Part shown: positions 56,478-58,950 of the stretch, piece after piece
Layout: each line of letters begins with the position of its first letter
Numbering within the stretch: the first letter of the stretch is position 1
NCBI GenBank assembly: GCA_005793375.1
Contig: SXSK01000417.1
Location: 1-58,950 of the forward strand
DNA from: Verrucomicrobiales bacterium
Lineage (GTDB): Bacteria; Verrucomicrobiota; Verrucomicrobiia; Limisphaerales; UBA9464
Direction of reading: 5' to 3'
Length of the DNA stretch: 58,950 nt
Made by a program: the position numbers and the translations under genes
The notes under the pieces: generated by a model
What the model was told of the DNA's origin: nothing
What the model saw: the letters and a program-made list of their open reading frames with translations, nothing else
Databases searched by the model: none

Positions 56478-58549
56478 AGTCCCCAATAGTGTTTGAGCAT
56501 CGGTGCGATGACTACGGCCATCACGCCCATGAGTTTGATGAGAATATTCAGAGACGGTCCAGCAGTATCCTTGAACGGATCACCCACCGTATCGCCGATG
56601 ACCGCTGCTTTGTGCGAGTCCGAGCCCTTGCCGTCCCCGACACCGCTTTCAATCGATTTTTTGGCGTTATCCCAGGCACCGCCGGTGTTGGACATAAAAA
56701 TTGCCAGGGCGACCCCAGAGGCTGTCACGCCGGCGAGAAAACCAAGCAACATCGGCGGTCCACCCAAGAACCCTACGAGCACGGGCGACAGAATCGCCAG
56801 CAACCCAGGTAGGATCATCTCCTTCAGAGAGGCAGTTGTGCTGATGTCCACGCACCGAGAATAATCTGGATCCGCCTTGCCCTGCAAGAGGCCTGGAATC
56901 GTACGGAATTGTCGGCGAACCTCCTCGACCATACTAAACGCCGCCCGACCCACCGCCAGCATGCAAATGGCGGAGAAGAGGTAAGGCACCATGCCCCCGA
57001 GCAACAGCCCCACCAGCACCTTGGGATCGGTCAGCTCAATTGAGGCAATCCCCACCTCGGCCTTGAAGGCGGAGAATAGGATCACCGATGTTAGCGCAGC
57101 GGATCCAATGGCAAAGCCCTTGCCGATGGCCGCCGTGGTGTTTCCCACCGCATCCAATTTATCGGTCGTGGCTCGGACCGAGGGAGGCATCTCAGCCATT
57201 TCGGCCAAACCGCCGGCATTGTCAGCGACGGGTCCGAAGGCGTCGACCGCGAGTTGGATCCCAAGGGTGAGCTGAAGTCCGACGGTGGCGATGGCGACTC
57301 CAAAAAGACCTGCCAGGTGATAACTCATCAAGATGGCGCTGCACATGGTGACTACCGGGAGCGCGGTCGAAATCATTCCCATTCCCATCCCCGTAATAAG
57401 ATTGGTCGCCGCTCCGATCTTACAGGCCTTAACAATGGCGTTAACCGGGCGTTTATTGGTGCCTGTGAAGTACTCGGTGAGTGAACCGATAAGGGTGCCT
57501 GCAACGATGCCAATGAGTGTACAGAAGAACAACCGGAGTCCAGTGGCGCCCCCCCCAAAGGTCTGAGCTCCCAACCACAGTTGGAAGACCGGGTAGGATA
57601 GGGCGGCGGCGAGCCCGGAAGCGATGAAGGATCCTAAGTTCAGCGCCGCCTGGGGTGACCCTCCCGCTTTGACCCGGACAAAACCGATACCCACCGCTGA
57701 GGCGAGGGCTCCAGCAGCTGCAAGAACCAACGGAATCATGGCTAGGCGAGTGCGAATTTCGCTGGGTGCATCGACGGCAATTCCGAGAATCATGCAACCG
57801 AGCACAGAAGCGACGAACGACTCGAAAAGGTCGGCTCCCATACCCGCGACATCGCCCACGTTGTCACCCACATTGTCCGCGATTGTCGCCGGATTGCGAG
57901 GATCGTCCTCCGGTATGCCCGCTTCAACTTTGCCAACCAGATCGGCTCCAACATCAGCCGCTTTGGTATAAATACCACCGCCGACCCGCGCAAACAGGGC
58001 GATACAGGAACCGCCCAGAGCAAATCCAGAAAGGATTGGCAGAGATTCGTGGTGAAAAGAATCCGGCGACCGGCCAAAGAAATGAATCGTGGCATAAAGA
58101 ACCGAGGCGATGCCACATAATGCCAGCCCAACGACACTCATACCCATCACCGATCCAGCAGCGAAGGAAACCTTCAGGGCTTCGTTGAGGCCGATCGTGG
58201 CCGCCGCAGTGGTCCGCATATTCGCCTTCGTGGCAACCTTCATGCCGAAAAATCCAGATAAAGCGGAACATGTGGCCCCCAAAAGGAAAGTCAGAGCCTC
58301 CCACCGGAGCGCTCCGCGGTTGCCAATCAGCAGCAACACAGCGGCGATGAGGCCAAATGGGATAAGCACCTTGTATTCGCGGACCAAAAACGCCATGGCA
58401 CCCGTGGCGACATACCCCCCAATCCGCTGGAGTTTCTCGCTACCGGCATCTTGTCGCAAAATCCAGCGGGACTTAACCCAAGCGAAGCCGAGCGCAAACA
58501 CTCCGCCCGCGAGTCCAATCATCAATGGTAGTTCTATCTCCCAATCCAT
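56474..58549 (-). CDS. hppA: Membrane-bound K+-dependent, probably Na+-translocating pyrophosphatase
   Basis: [64 protein letters not shown] Shine-Dalgarno. Confidence 0.96.
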   Translation of the reverse strand: MDWEIELPLMIGLAGGVFALGFAWVKSRWILRQDAGSEKLQRIGGYVATGAMAFLVREYKVLIPFGLIAAVLLLIGNRGALRWEALTFLLGATCSALSGFFGMKVATKANMRTTAAATIGLNEALKVSFAAGSVMGMSVVGLALCGIASVLYATIHFFGRSPDSFHHESLPILSGFALGGSCIALFARVGGGIYTKAADVGADLVGKVEAGIPEDDPRNPATIADNVGDNVGDVAGMGADLFESFVASVLGCMILGIAVDAPSEIRTRLAMIPLVLAAAGALASAVGIGFVRVKAGGSPQAALNLGSFIASGLAAALSYPVFQLWLGAQTFGGGATGLRLFFCTLIGIVAGTLIGSLTEYFTGTNKRPVNAIVKACKIGAATNLITGMGMGMISTALPVVTMCSAILMSYHLAGLFGVAIATVGLQLTLGIQLAVDAFGPVADNAGGLAEMAEMPPSVRATTDKLDAVGNTTAAIGKGFAIGSAALTSVILFSAFKAEVGIASIELTDPKVLVGLLLGGMVPYLFSAICMLAVGRAAFSMVEEVRRQFRTIPGLLQGKADPDYSRCVDISTTASLKEMILPGLLAILSPVLVGFLGGPPMLLGFLAGVTASGVALAIFMSNTGGAWDNAKKSIESGVGDGKGSDSHKAAVIGDTVGDPFKDTAGPSLNILIKLMGVMAVVIAPMLKHYWGL

Positions 58550-58950
58550 TTTATCCTCCAGGAGTCGGGTTCAATCTCGGTCCGATATTTCAATGGCAAT
58601 CCCGGACTCGCATGTCCGCGAACGAACGCGCCTTCCAGGGCATGGTTTTGTAACTCGGTGAACTCTTTGAGGTTCCGTCAAATCAGGACGGCGTCAATGT
58701 GAATCCCAATTGGCGTCGCCTTTATTTCATCATTTGTGCTGGATCCACGCAGTAACCTCTATGGAAGCCAGATCCACCCCGCGTTACTCACCGGAAATTA
58801 GTTCAACAACGTGCGCATCTCAGTTTTTTTCGAGGTTGTAGCGATGCGGGCTGCGATTGTGGTTAGTTATTGGCGAGGGAGGGAGGTTTGGCGTGTGGGA
58901 AGAGATCGTGCCAGCGGTGGTTGCGCCAGAAGGTTTCCAGGCACAAGAGG

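Noticed and set aside
58550..58950. Possible Na+ or fluoride riboswitch upstream of hppA
   Set aside because: Only a weak stem near the SD; no recognisable consensus

Overview
About 38 densely packed protein-coding genes from a bacterial chromosome of moderately high GC. Gene content (PVC-type CxxCH dehydrogenase, DUF1501, prepilin/H-X9-DG protein, several CotH and lamin-tail proteins, an 'RFYR' C-terminal domain) points to Verrucomicrobiota. Housekeeping genes (mnmA, lpxD, panD, HU/IHF, hisS, mazG, proB, ridA, iscX, hisC, moeA, nadE) alternate with exported accessory proteins. I saw no tRNA, rRNA, CRISPR array, prophage or transposase. The best candidates for undescribed biology are: (i) a tandem pair of secreted CotH-family kinases with complementary motif deviations plus an S46 peptidase, divergent from a 1789-aa Ig/Calx-beta surface protein, with a third EF-hand/GPGG-repeat CotH 25 kb away; (ii) an operon of Na+-type pyrophosphatase, a translationally coupled hypothetical protein and a motif-divergent fused serine-dehydratase homologue; (iii) a small REP-like palindromic repeat family. 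All assignments come from recognising motifs by eye; no searches were run.
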